The translations under genes and the position numbers were made by a program. The notes beneath the pieces were generated by a model. That model worked only from the letters and a program-made list of their open reading frames with translations, searched no databases and was not told where the DNA came from. This document shows positions 1-9,008 of a stretch of 64,000 nt of DNA, one piece after another. The stretch covers positions 31 to 64,030 of the forward strand of contig CAYPPJ010000006.1 in the NCBI GenBank assembly GCA_964412585.1, given 5' to 3'. The DNA comes from an uncultured Candidatus Saccharibacteria bacterium. GTDB taxonomy: Bacteria; Patescibacteriota; Minisyncoccia; Phycocordibacterales; PALSA-1337. The number at the start of each line of letters is the position of its first letter. The first letter of the stretch is position 1.

Positions 1-318
1 GTGGGAACAGGCTAAACCGCATTCGTGCGGGGTTGCGGGAGTGACTCGTCCTCAAAGGAACTTTGATTGTATACACCAATGTCTCGCAAGGGACGGAGTT
101 GATGTAGCCTAGAGCGATCTAGGTGCCTGGTTGTAGGAGAAGGCTCCACAATCACCACAACAGAGTTGACACCACCCAGTGGAAGCGTCTGTATGGCCAC
201 AGGCAATTTCACATCTCGATCAGAGAGTCCGATCCGACAGGGGTTGAACTCCACTGATAGCCTAAATGAAGCTCTTGCCCCGACCTCCCGGTAGATGACA
301 GCATCGACCGGGACTTTT
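1..318 (+). ncRNA. Candidate structured non-coding RNA (3' part, runs off the window start), ending in an intrinsic terminator
   Basis: No convincing ORF. Hairpins capped by canonical tetraloops on the + strand: CCGCA-UUCG-UGCGG (17-30), GUCUC-GCAA-GGGAC (81-94), CCUAGA-GCGA-UCUAGG (108-123). Terminator-like stem 286-313 followed by TTTT. Confidence 0.35.
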
Positions 319-325
319 ATTTGAA

Positions 326-1309
326 TTACAAACTAAAATTCTTCAACGAGTACAAGTCCTCATTTTCCTCCTTTTGTACATCAGCTGGTGCACGGTCGTC
401 AACAGGCGTAGAGACTGGAGACTCGAGATTAGAGACTTGCTGAGAAGCAGAATCGGCAGGTTTTGCGGTCTGATCCTTCTTCGCACCTTCAATTTTTTCG
501 AGAAGCATTCTCAAATCATCAGGTGAAAAGAAATCAATCGTGACCGTACCTCCCTCCTTGGTCTTTTCAATCCTCACACGCGTACCCAACGACTCAGTAA
601 AATTTTTCTCAAGCTCAATAAATGCGGGATCCAGATACTTGCCCTTGTTACGAATACGCTCCGTAGCGACGCGACGTGACAGACTTTCAGCTTCACGCAC
701 CGTGAGCTTCTTGGTCATGATCTCCTTGAACAAGACCACCTGCTCTTCAGGGCGGTCAGTGAGCATGAGGAGCGGTCGAGTATGACCCTCTGAAATCTTT
801 CCTTCTTCGAGCGCGTTGATCATCTCATCAGGCAGGGACAAAATACGCATAGAGTTTGAAACATACTCGCGACTCTTGCCCACCTTCTCGGCGATCTGCG
901 CCTGCTTGAGACCAAACTCTTTTGCTAGACGTTCAAAGGAACGCGCGCGATCAACGGGATTCAAATCTTCACGCTGGAGGTTTTCGATGATAGCTACTTC
1001 GAGCTTGAGCTGTGCATCTTCAGGAGCCGAACGGATAAGTGCAGGAACCTGTGACAAACCGGCGAGCTTTGAAGCACGTAGTCGACGCTCACCTGAGATG
1101 AGTTCGTACTCCACCGTCATACCACCACTCTCATGAAATACTTCCTTGCGCGTCACTACGAGGGGCTGAAGGACGCCATACATGCGAATAGACTCGGACA
1201 GGCTCTTGAGCGCCATTTCATCAAATTCACGGCGTGGCTGATACGGGTTGGGGCTGACCTTGTCGACGTCAATCCAAAAGATAGCGTCGTTTACATATGC
1301 AGATGACAT
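326..1309 (-). CDS. parB: ParB/RepB/Spo0J family chromosome partitioning protein
   Basis: PNPYQPRREF, GVLQPLVV, GERRLRA, IENLQREDLNP and HTH motifs. Start set at MSSAYV, 6 nt after a TATAAT box; the longer ORF overlaps tRNA-Leu. Confidence 0.95.
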   Translation of the reverse strand: MSSAYVNDAIFWIDVDKVSPNPYQPRREFDEMALKSLSESIRMYGVLQPLVVTRKEVFHESGGMTVEYELISGERRLRASKLAGLSQVPALIRSAPEDAQLKLEVAIIENLQREDLNPVDRARSFERLAKEFGLKQAQIAEKVGKSREYVSNSMRILSLPDEMINALEEGKISEGHTRPLLMLTDRPEEQVVLFKEIMTKKLTVREAESLSRRVATERIRNKGKYLDPAFIELEKNFTESLGTRVRIEKTKEGGTVTIDFFSPDDLRMLLEKIEGAKKDQTAKPADSASQQVSNLESPVSTPVDDRAPADVQKEENEDLYSLKNFSL

Positions 1310-1367
1310 GCGCCTATTATAATAGTTATTTGATTTTCGTGCGAATTCGGGTAGACTGATGTAACAA

Positions 1368-1449
1368 GCCGGGATGGCGGAATTGGTAGACGCACACGAC
1401 TCAAAATCGTGCGGAGTAATCCATGGGAGTTCGATTCTCCCTCCCGGCA
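1368..1449 (+). tRNA. tRNA-Leu(CAA)
   Basis: Acceptor GCCGGGA/TCCCGGC, D-loop GGAATTGGTAGAC, anticodon arm CACGA-CTCAAAA-TCGTG, variable arm, GTTCGATTC T-loop. CCA not encoded. Confidence 0.96.
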
Positions 1450-1450
1450 C

Positions 1451-2359
1451 ATGAAAACCAAACTCCTCGTTATCTGCGGACCCACTGCAGTGGGTAAAAG
1501 TGATTTGGCTGTATTTTTGGCTGAACAATTCAATGGAGAAGTTATCTCCGCCGATTCACGCCAAGTCTACAAGGGTCTTGATATTGGCACGGGCAAAATT
1601 ACTACTGCCGAAATGCGTGGCATCCCACATTACCTTCTCGATATCGCCGATCCACATGATCGCTTCACCACGATTGACTGGAAACAACACGCAGAAAAAG
1701 CTATTGCCGATATCAGCTCACGTGGCAAACTCCCCATCATTTGTGGCGGCACCGGATTTTACATTTCAACCCTGATCGACGACCTTGGCTTTCCAGAAGT
1801 TGAAGCAGATACCGAAGAACAGAAAAAACTCGAGGCTTTATCCGTCGATGAACTATTCCTCGAACTCAAAAAGGTTGACCCTCATCGTGGTGCCACTATC
1901 GATCCAAAAAATAAGCGTCGCCTGGCACGCGCTATCATTATTGCTCGCGCACTGGGCTCGGTACCACCAGTCACTCAGTCCGTGGAGTCACCGTATGATC
2001 TCTGCATGATTGGTGTGAATCTCCCATCGGAAGAATTGAAAGCACGAATTCATGCGCGCTTGGTCCAGCGCCTTGATGCAGGCATGATTGAAGAAGCGCA
2101 ACGCCTGCACGCTGAAGCACCTCTTGGCGCCGGACTTTCATTTGAACGCATGGATGAGCTCGGACTTGAATACAGATATTTGGGATATTTTTTGAAAAAT
2201 GAATTGACCCGCGAAGAACTTATCGAGCGACTTTCAGCAAAGATTTGGCAGTACGCAAAACGTCAGATGACCTGGTTCAAACGTGACACTCGCATCACCT
2301 GGTTTGCCCCAACAGACCGTGAACAAATTCGCCATTCCGTGGCTCAATTCCTCGCTTAG
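1451..2359 (+). CDS. miaA: tRNA (adenosine(37)-N6)-dimethylallyltransferase
   Basis: GPTAVGKS P-loop, ISADSRQVY, GGTGFY and YAKRQMTWF motifs. ATG directly after tRNA-Leu. Confidence 0.96.
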   Translation: MKTKLLVICGPTAVGKSDLAVFLAEQFNGEVISADSRQVYKGLDIGTGKITTAEMRGIPHYLLDIADPHDRFTTIDWKQHAEKAIADISSRGKLPIICGGTGFYISTLIDDLGFPEVEADTEEQKKLEALSVDELFLELKKVDPHRGATIDPKNKRRLARAIIIARALGSVPPVTQSVESPYDLCMIGVNLPSEELKARIHARLVQRLDAGMIEEAQRLHAEAPLGAGLSFERMDELGLEYRYLGYFLKNELTREELIERLSAKIWQYAKRQMTWFKRDTRITWFAPTDREQIRHSVAQFLA

Positions 2360-2437
2360 ATCAAGGTGCTCCGGTACTTGATTTTATCCAAATATAGTGG
2401 TACAATAGTAACAGGCTCTTTGTAAAGCCTGAAACAA

Positions 2438-3220
2438 ATGAAACTCCTCGACCGGGGTCATGTTGTGGCCTCGGCCAAACGGATCCCTTTCAAGCCGACT
2501 GCACTTGTAGTCGTCACACCAAAACGGACAACTCCGTTTCTTGGTTTCAGTGGACTCTGGAGCGTCGGCGACCAGTGGACACTTGCGCCGTCAGCGCTCG
2601 ATCGGTCGATGGTTTCGTGCCCTCTTCGAGGACATGAAAAACATGCGATCCATTCGCTCAATCACGTGTCCCTCATGGATTACGTGCTTGACGCGGAAGA
2701 GCGCCTCAAGGCCAATGGCCCCTCAATCCTGATGGGCCAATCGGCTGGCGGGTATGTGGTGCAGATTTTGGCAAACCGCAACCCTGAGCTGGTCAAAGGC
2801 GTTGTGCTCTTCGCGAGCTCAATGCCCAAAGCACCCGGCGTACGGGCAGTACGTTTCCAAGCCAAGTTCCTGTGGTACTCGTGGTACCTCATGACCGGCT
2901 TCGAATTCTGTTTACGGCCAGCTCAATACCGTTTCGTCCAAGGACGCACCAAGGTGCTACTCGGACGCGAATCAGGTCGTGCCGCTGCCGATGTGCTGGG
3001 ACGCAAGATCCCCGTCGAGCCGATCCTCCATTGTCCTGTGTACAGTATCACGGGAAATATGGATCAGTTCGCGGACGTCGGACGTCAGAAACTTCTCGCC
3101 GACTATCACCATGCGGACTTCGAAGTCATCTTCGGGGACCACATGTTCCACTGCGACAAAGAAGTCGCACCCCGAGCTTTCAGGCTCGTTCGAGACTGGT
3201 GCTTCAAGCATCAGATCTAA
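2438..3220 (+). CDS. Alpha/beta hydrolase
   Basis: Nucleophile elbow GQSAGG, candidate Asp (DQF) and His (GDHM). Own TTGATT-N17-TACAAT promoter at 2378-2406. Confidence 0.75.
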   Translation: MKLLDRGHVVASAKRIPFKPTALVVVTPKRTTPFLGFSGLWSVGDQWTLAPSALDRSMVSCPLRGHEKHAIHSLNHVSLMDYVLDAEERLKANGPSILMGQSAGGYVVQILANRNPELVKGVVLFASSMPKAPGVRAVRFQAKFLWYSWYLMTGFEFCLRPAQYRFVQGRTKVLLGRESGRAAADVLGRKIPVEPILHCPVYSITGNMDQFADVGRQKLLADYHHADFEVIFGDHMFHCDKEVAPRAFRLVRDWCFKHQI

Positions 3221-3232
3221 ACTCACGCGATC

Positions 3233-3270
3233 TGCCGGAACCTCATCACTGGGGTTCCGGCATACTTTTT
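3233..3270 (+). terminator. Intrinsic terminator of the hydrolase gene
   Basis: TGCCGGAACCTCA-loop-TGGGGTTCCGGCA followed by a T-run. Confidence 0.75.
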
Positions 3271-3389
3271 TATATAAATAAAAAAGCGGCCGGACGACAA
3301 GCGTCTAGCCGCGAAAGGTATGAGTGGTGTTTGGCACAAATGGCCGGGGTGTCAACTGGCTTTCAGCCGACACCATCTTCGCCTTCAAT

Positions 3390-3791
3390 CTAGGTAGCCG
3401 GTTCGGATGTTCGCGCATCTCCCGGAAACCCGTGCTTCTCCTGGTCAGCCAGCCAGCGGAAAACATAGTCAACAATCGAGTGGGCCTGCCGCACGGCTGG
3501 ATAGGTCGTCGCCCCCGACGGTTCAAAGCGCATAAAGGAAAACTTCTTCGCGAGAACGTCCAGCGGGACTCCGTACTGCAACAGGAGGCTGGTCAACGTA
3601 CCAATGGTATTAAGTAGCCCTTCAATGGTGTTCCCCGAACCATTCATTGTAATAAATAGTTCCCCCGGTGTGTTGTCATCGTAGAGTCCTACGGTGAGGT
3701 ATCCTTCGTACCCGCCGAACGCAAACTTGTGGGTGATTGCCTTGCGCGTTTCCGGAAGCGAACGACGAGATGGTGCTATCGATGTGCTCAT
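3390..3791 (-). CDS. Stand-alone TSCPD domain protein (C-terminal domain of class II ribonucleotide reductase NrdJ)
   Basis: RRSLPETRKAITHKF, YLTVGLYDD.TPGELFI, SLLLQYGVP, MRFEPSG and SIVDYVFRWL match the NrdJ C-terminal region. Confidence 0.8.
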   Translation of the reverse strand: MSTSIAPSRRSLPETRKAITHKFAFGGYEGYLTVGLYDDNTPGELFITMNGSGNTIEGLLNTIGTLTSLLLQYGVPLDVLAKKFSFMRFEPSGATTYPAVRQAHSIVDYVFRWLADQEKHGFPGDARTSEPAT

Positions 3792-3886
3792 GTATTGCCT
3801 TTCATTTCATTATCTCGTATCGCCATGACACAAGATGGTAGATTCAAATCTAAGACTACACCTAGAATATTGGCTGTCAAGAATAC

Positions 3887-5050
3887 TTACTTCTTCCTCC
3901 TCAAATACCTCTTCCCTTTTAGTTTCTCCGGCAAATAACTGTCCGCGCCACTCCCCGGCTTATTCGGATATTTCTCATACCCCTTCCCATAATTCAACTC
4001 CTTCATCAGCTTCGTCGGAGCATTCCTGATCTTGAGAGGTATTGGCAAATTTCCCATCTTCCTGACATCATCGAGCGCCTCGAAATAGGCATCATTCGCC
4101 GAACGATCTTTTGCAGCCAGCGCCAGATATGCTGTACCGTGCGCCAGGTTGATCCCCGCTTCGGGGAGACCGATAGACTCCACCGCCCGAAAGACTTCAT
4201 TGGCCACGACCAGCGCCGTCGGCTGAGCCAGACCAATATCTTCCGAGGCAAAGATGACCATGCGTCGCGCAATGAACTTGGGATCTTCACCACCTTCGAT
4301 CATGCGGGCCAGATAATAGATGGCCGCATCAGCATCGCCAGCACGCATGCTCTTGATGTAGGCCGAGATGGTATCGTAATGTTCCTCCCCTTTCTTATCA
4401 AAACGGATAAAGGCGTGCTCGAAGGTATTCTTGAGGGTCTCCAGCGTGATCGAGCCATAGAGTCGCTGGGCATTTTCCAAAGCCGTGATGGCGATACGCG
4501 CGTCGCCATTGGCCAGAGCCACCAGCCAGTCCAGCGCATCCTTGGGCACCTTGATCTTGGTACGCTTCACAATACTCTTGAGGTCGGCTTCGGTGAGACT
4601 CTTCAGCACAAAGACGCGACAGCGTGACAACAGTGCGGGGATGATCTCGAAACTCGGATTCTCCGTGGTCGCGCCCACCAAGACCAGTCGACCGCTCTCC
4701 ACGTACGGCAGCAAGAAATCCTGCTGGGCTTTGTTGAAGCGATGGATCTCGTCGAGGAACAAGAGCTTGGGACGATTTTCCAGTAAGGTATCTGACTCCT
4801 CAACAATGGCACGAATGTCGTCCTTGCCCGCAGAGACAGCCGAGAGTTCGTAGAGTCGCGCATTGAGTGCCGCGGCATATATCTTGGCCAAGGTTGTCTT
4901 GCCCGTCCCCGGCGGGCCCCAGAGGATGAATGAGAAGAGATGCTTGTCAGTGATCGCCTGGTACAGCGCCTTACCCTTGCCCACCAAGTGTTCCTGGCCG
5001 ACGTAGTCTTTGAGCGTTTGCGGGCGAATGAGGGATGCGAGGGGTTGCAT
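3887..5050 (-). CDS. rarA: Replication-associated recombination protein A (MgsA/RarA AAA+ ATPase)
   Basis: PLASLIRPQTL, GPPGTGKTT, DEIHRFNKAQQD, GATTENPSF, ASEDIGLA. Confidence 0.96.
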   Translation of the reverse strand: MQPLASLIRPQTLKDYVGQEHLVGKGKALYQAITDKHLFSFILWGPPGTGKTTLAKIYAAALNARLYELSAVSAGKDDIRAIVEESDTLLENRPKLLFLDEIHRFNKAQQDFLLPYVESGRLVLVGATTENPSFEIIPALLSRCRVFVLKSLTEADLKSIVKRTKIKVPKDALDWLVALANGDARIAITALENAQRLYGSITLETLKNTFEHAFIRFDKKGEEHYDTISAYIKSMRAGDADAAIYYLARMIEGGEDPKFIARRMVIFASEDIGLAQPTALVVANEVFRAVESIGLPEAGINLAHGTAYLALAAKDRSANDAYFEALDDVRKMGNLPIPLKIRNAPTKLMKELNYGKGYEKYPNKPGSGADSYLPEKLKGKRYLRRKK

Positions 5051-5051
5051 C

Positions 5052-6644
5052 TTATTCTTTCAGAAAACTTATAAACTCATTTTCTAGTTCAAAACTCAAT
5101 TCGCCCTGCTTAAGAGAATTCAACATTTCAATAGGCTTTTGGGAAGAAGATGCAGGCTTAGTAAATCCAAGGTATTTTTCTAAATCCGGGGTAAGTTTTT
5201 TAATGACTGACGTGTAGCTATTTTTGTTAGCAAATATATCACTATTTCTTTCTTTGTTATCAGGATTAGACTCGTCATCTATATCAAATAATACTTTATG
5301 CTTGATACCAAATTCACTACATAATGTCATAAAACGCGGAATATTATATTTTCCTCCACAATCGATAACGTAAATATTTAAACCAAGTCCCTTTTCAAAA
5401 ATTAAGTAATTCAGAAAGACTTTGTCTGTTGGGCCTTCGACTAATATGACCTCATCCACAAAAAACATGGTATTCCTGTCAGGATTCAACCATAGTATAA
5501 AATTGAAGACATCTTCTTCTAATTTCATGCCATCTAGAAATTCCTTACCTGCACGAAAAATTTCACTATGCCCATCCTTTCGAATTAATCTTGAAATACT
5601 TGCCAAGGCATCACTTTTTGTACTAATTAAGTTTGGGGAATGAGTACACAAAATGACTTGTCCAGTAGCCGATTGCGCAATCTTCTCCAAACCTATGAGC
5701 AATTTTCTTTCTTGATCATAATGCAATAAAGCCTCTGGTTCTTCATACAATAAAAGTGTAAAATTGCCATTAAAATTTTTCTTATCAGTTTTAACTCTCT
5801 TTCCTTCAATTTCTGCCCAAAGAAGCAATAAATTGTTAACTATTGCCCTCTGTGCCCCAGAGCCTAAAAACATTGGGTCTTCCTCTTGATTTGTCTCGTC
5901 AGAAATGAAACGCAGTTGAGAACCTGTCAAAACAATATCTTCTGGTGTTGGAGGTAACAATGTGATTTTGGTTCGTAAATTCCAAGAAGAAAGTTTTTTA
6001 GTTAAATCCTCTTCAATTTCATTAATGCTGTTTAAATTGCCACTATTTTTTACTGGACTCCTTAAATCTTGGGCAAAAGACTTTGTATTTTTAACAAGCT
6101 CTGTCCAGGAAGGTAATGATTCAAGGGTATCAGATATTATTCTGGTTAATAATTTCGTAAATATTGATGATTTTACCTGTTTAAGTTCATCAGAAAGACC
6201 TTTGACGGCAGGGACATAGATGATATTTCCTAACTTTCCAATTTGCACATTTTTCGCGCCAAAGAAATCCTCTTCTCGCTCTGTTATAATTCCATCACGA
6301 TTCTCAAAGCCATGAGGCTTACCTTTTAAATTATCCCTAGAAAAACGTTTAATTACTTTCAGTTTATTATCGGGTAACTTATAAAATTCAGGCAATTGAG
6401 AAAATTCTTCTTCACTTAAACAAAACTCGAGTGTTATTTCTATACTTGAATCAGCACCACATCCCCTAAAAAAATCTTCATTTGTAACATTATAATCGCC
6501 ATAAAAGGCTCTCAAAGCGTGTATTACGCACGATTTCCCTGCGTTATTTTGTCCAATAAGTGTCCAAACATCATCTTTTGGACCTGCAACTTTGACATCC
6601 TTCAAAGATCGAAAATTCTTAATTTCTACTGATAGTAATTTCAT
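5052..6644 (-). CDS. OLD-family ATP-dependent endonuclease (ABC ATPase + TOPRIM)
   Basis: IKNFRSL, Walker A GQNNAGKS, signature GSGAQR, Walker B YEEPEALLH, H-loop THSP, TOPRIM VEGPTD...DCGGK...DID. Visibly AT-rich relative to its flanks. Confidence 0.88.
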   Translation of the reverse strand: MKLLSVEIKNFRSLKDVKVAGPKDDVWTLIGQNNAGKSCVIHALRAFYGDYNVTNEDFFRGCGADSSIEITLEFCLSEEEFSQLPEFYKLPDNKLKVIKRFSRDNLKGKPHGFENRDGIITEREEDFFGAKNVQIGKLGNIIYVPAVKGLSDELKQVKSSIFTKLLTRIISDTLESLPSWTELVKNTKSFAQDLRSPVKNSGNLNSINEIEEDLTKKLSSWNLRTKITLLPPTPEDIVLTGSQLRFISDETNQEEDPMFLGSGAQRAIVNNLLLLWAEIEGKRVKTDKKNFNGNFTLLLYEEPEALLHYDQERKLLIGLEKIAQSATGQVILCTHSPNLISTKSDALASISRLIRKDGHSEIFRAGKEFLDGMKLEEDVFNFILWLNPDRNTMFFVDEVILVEGPTDKVFLNYLIFEKGLGLNIYVIDCGGKYNIPRFMTLCSEFGIKHKVLFDIDDESNPDNKERNSDIFANKNSYTSVIKKLTPDLEKYLGFTKPASSSQKPIEMLNSLKQGELSFELENEFISFLKE

Positions 6645-6696
6645 AACCTAATCCTACTCTTCCTAGAAATTTTGTCTAATAACAGTTCTTAGCGCC

Positions 6697-7212
6697 CTAA
6701 AAACAAACCACAAATGATAGAAAAATTAAGATTATACCAGCAGTTGATGCTGAAATAGCAAGTGATAGATGACTATCTATATTCTCAGCAATTTTAAGTT
6801 CTGAAACTTCTGATACGTCGTTAACGTTTGCGTCAAATTCTGAATTTATCTTACTTAATTTTGAAAAATCTTTATCAATTATTGCTTTCTTAATTTCGCG
6901 CGTTTCCCGAACTGATTGATTAATTCTTTTTTCAGTATCATTAAATTGACCGAGTAATCTGTTTTTTGTATTCAACATCAAAAACAAAATTGATCCAACA
7001 ACAAAACATTCACCAAAGAAAAATAGCTTCATGCTAATAACACTCGAAAATGCTGTAAAACCAAATCCGGCAATTAGTCCGAGTACCCCTAAAAGCGAGA
7101 TAATATAGTTAACAGAAATTTGATATTCTTCGCGATGATTTTTAAGAAATTTCTCACGCAGCGAAATTATGAACTGCCCGTATTCAATTGCTTTTTCGAG
7201 TTCAGTTTTCAT
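6697..7212 (-). CDS. Hypothetical membrane protein (2 N-terminal TM + helical linker + C-terminal TM)
   Basis: Three hydrophobic segments. AT-rich like the adjacent OLD gene; starts 2 nt after the upstream stop. Confidence 0.75.
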   Translation of the reverse strand: MKTELEKAIEYGQFIISLREKFLKNHREEYQISVNYIISLLGVLGLIAGFGFTAFSSVISMKLFFFGECFVVGSILFLMLNTKNRLLGQFNDTEKRINQSVRETREIKKAIIDKDFSKLSKINSEFDANVNDVSEVSELKIAENIDSHLSLAISASTAGIILIFLSFVVCF

Positions 7213-7214
7213 AT

Positions 7215-7745
7215 TTAAAAATTATAAACCCACCCAGGCTGCCACTTAAAATGCGTGGTCACCAGCTTTTCCAAGGGCACACCATTCAAGACATTCTCAA
7301 TGCCATACTGGGTGGCGCGATGACCGATGACCATCACTCGCTTGCCATCATAGTTTTTCTTGAGATCATCGAGAAATGATTTCATGCGAGCCGTGGTCTG
7401 GGTATAGCTCTCGCCATTAGGAAACGGCGTCGAGATGCGCTGCGGCTTTTCGGCATCAACGATCTCGCTGGGCTTCTGGGTCAGATCGCCATAATTGCAT
7501 TCGCGGAGCCTTGCATCGCGGATGATGGGCCACTTGGTGCCAAAGCCGATCTCGGCGCTCTTGTACGCACGCTGGAGGTCGGAGCAGAAAATGGCATCGA
7601 AGTGGTCGTCCTTGTAACGCTGGCCCATCTCGACCGACTGACGTTCACCGAGCGGCGAGAGCGCGACATCATTCCATCCGGATGACAGATGGGCTTCGTT
7701 GTCGAAGGTGGTGCCGTGGGCTTCGAAGATGAGGGTGAGGGGCAT
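7215..7745 (-). CDS. Histidine phosphatase (phosphoglycerate mutase) family protein
   Basis: EAHGTT variant of the RHG motif, SDLQRA, LRECNYG, GES, VIGH. Confidence 0.85.
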   Translation of the reverse strand: MPLTLIFEAHGTTFDNEAHLSSGWNDVALSPLGERQSVEMGQRYKDDHFDAIFCSDLQRAYKSAEIGFGTKWPIIRDARLRECNYGDLTQKPSEIVDAEKPQRISTPFPNGESYTQTTARMKSFLDDLKKNYDGKRVMVIGHRATQYGIENVLNGVPLEKLVTTHFKWQPGWVYNF

Positions 7746-7871
7746 GCCACTATAGTACTCCCCTCCAGTGCATTGATGAATATTGACATGAGTCTATATT
7801 CGTGCTTATATATTATTAACTGCACTTTATGTGCCTCAAAAGCACAGCAAACCACAACACAAAGGACACCC

Positions 7872-8378
7872 GTGAATTTCAAAAACTCACGACTCAAAAT
7901 TGCCTATTACGATGAACCTGACATGGCGCCAAATCCTCTACAATGTGTCGCCTATCATATCTACGGCAGACAAATCGTCTTTACCGGCTTACACAACGGT
8001 GATGACGGTCCGCGCGGATCTACGATCAACTACGCAGAAGAGGTCGTCCGAGCGATTGCTACGCAAGAAGCGATTGATGGACGTCGGTATACTTTCTACG
8101 ATCTGCAGACGTGCCGTGGGTATGGTGGGCGTGGCGGAGAATATTACCGAGGAAGTTATTGCCTCAATGAGCTCGAGCTCTCCTGGCCACAAGATGGCAA
8201 CACACCCAATCGTGACGTTAGATGGATTGAAGGTCATGCCAATGAGGAGGTTCTGTCCGATTTCGCAGAATTCATCTGGGATGATCTGCCCGTCGGAACA
8301 CCTATAAACATTGCTGTCCAACGAGGCGGACTCAAGCCGTTACTACCCCAGCAAAAACTGCTGAGTACACGCGCGTGA
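7872..8378 (+). CDS. Hypothetical protein
   Basis: ORF with GTG start downstream of a TTGACA promoter (7783), followed by a CCCCGGAA/TTCCGGGG terminator. Start uncertain. Confidence 0.6.
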   Translation: MNFKNSRLKIAYYDEPDMAPNPLQCVAYHIYGRQIVFTGLHNGDDGPRGSTINYAEEVVRAIATQEAIDGRRYTFYDLQTCRGYGGRGGEYYRGSYCLNELELSWPQDGNTPNRDVRWIEGHANEEVLSDFAEFIWDDLPVGTPINIAVQRGGLKPLLPQQKLLSTRA

Positions 8379-8549
8379 CAACTACGCGTTCACACACCCC
8401 GGAATCGGTTTCCGGGGATTTTTATTTCCTTGATTCCCTACAATCCCCTTTGCTACAATACCTCCACTAGAAATTCCCCTCCGTAACTCAAGCACTGACA
8501 GCGCACGCTGGGTGCTTTTTTATCTACTTATTAACCTAAATATCACAAC

Positions 8550-9008
8550 ATGAATAAAACAACTGAACTCCTCAACCTAATAAAATGGATGGCTATACAA
8601 GCTCAACTTCAGCTAGCCCCGCAATCTCAATTTCCTGAAAGGAAACAAATATGGTGGGCGTGTCTAGGACAAAATATCGGTATTGAAACAAACGGCAAAA
8701 ACTATCGTTTTGAAAGACCGGTATTGGTAATAAAAGCATTCAATGCGTGCGCGCTATTTGTCGCACCTCTCACAAGCACTCTAGGGACTCATCAATTTCT
8801 TATTGAATTTAACCACCTAGGACAAAAGAAATCAGTCAACGTGTCTCAATTGCGAACACTAAGTGCCAAAAGATTTACAAAAAAGATCTCCGACATGTCA
8901 GATGCTGATTTTGACCGCATTATTTCATCGATTCAGAAAATTGTCCTCAATAAACCTGAAACCCCGCAGAGCGGGGTTTCTTTTGAGCTCCCTCACGAAG
9001 TGGAGTAA
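8550..9008 (+). CDS. PemK/MazF family endoribonuclease toxin (no adjacent antitoxin gene)
   Basis: IWWACLGQNIGIETNGK...RPVLVIK...VAPLTS...SQLRTLSAKRF pattern typical of PemK/MazF. Confidence 0.88.
   Translation: MNKTTELLNLIKWMAIQAQLQLAPQSQFPERKQIWWACLGQNIGIETNGKNYRFERPVLVIKAFNACALFVAPLTSTLGTHQFLIEFNHLGQKKSVNVSQLRTLSAKRFTKKISDMSDADFDRIISSIQKIVLNKPETPQSGVSFELPHEVE

Noticed and set aside
12-254. 80-aa minus-strand ORF
   Set aside because: No recognisable motifs, lies beyond the terminator hairpin after parB, and the region is better explained by + strand RNA structure.
1310-1528. N-terminal extensions of ParB and MiaA in the ORF track
   Set aside because: They overlap tRNA-Leu; the better starts are 1309 and 1451.
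5052-6644. Gabija or retron assignment for the OLD nuclease
   Set aside because: No GajB/UvrD helicase or reverse transcriptase is adjacent; RarA is a housekeeping AAA+ protein.
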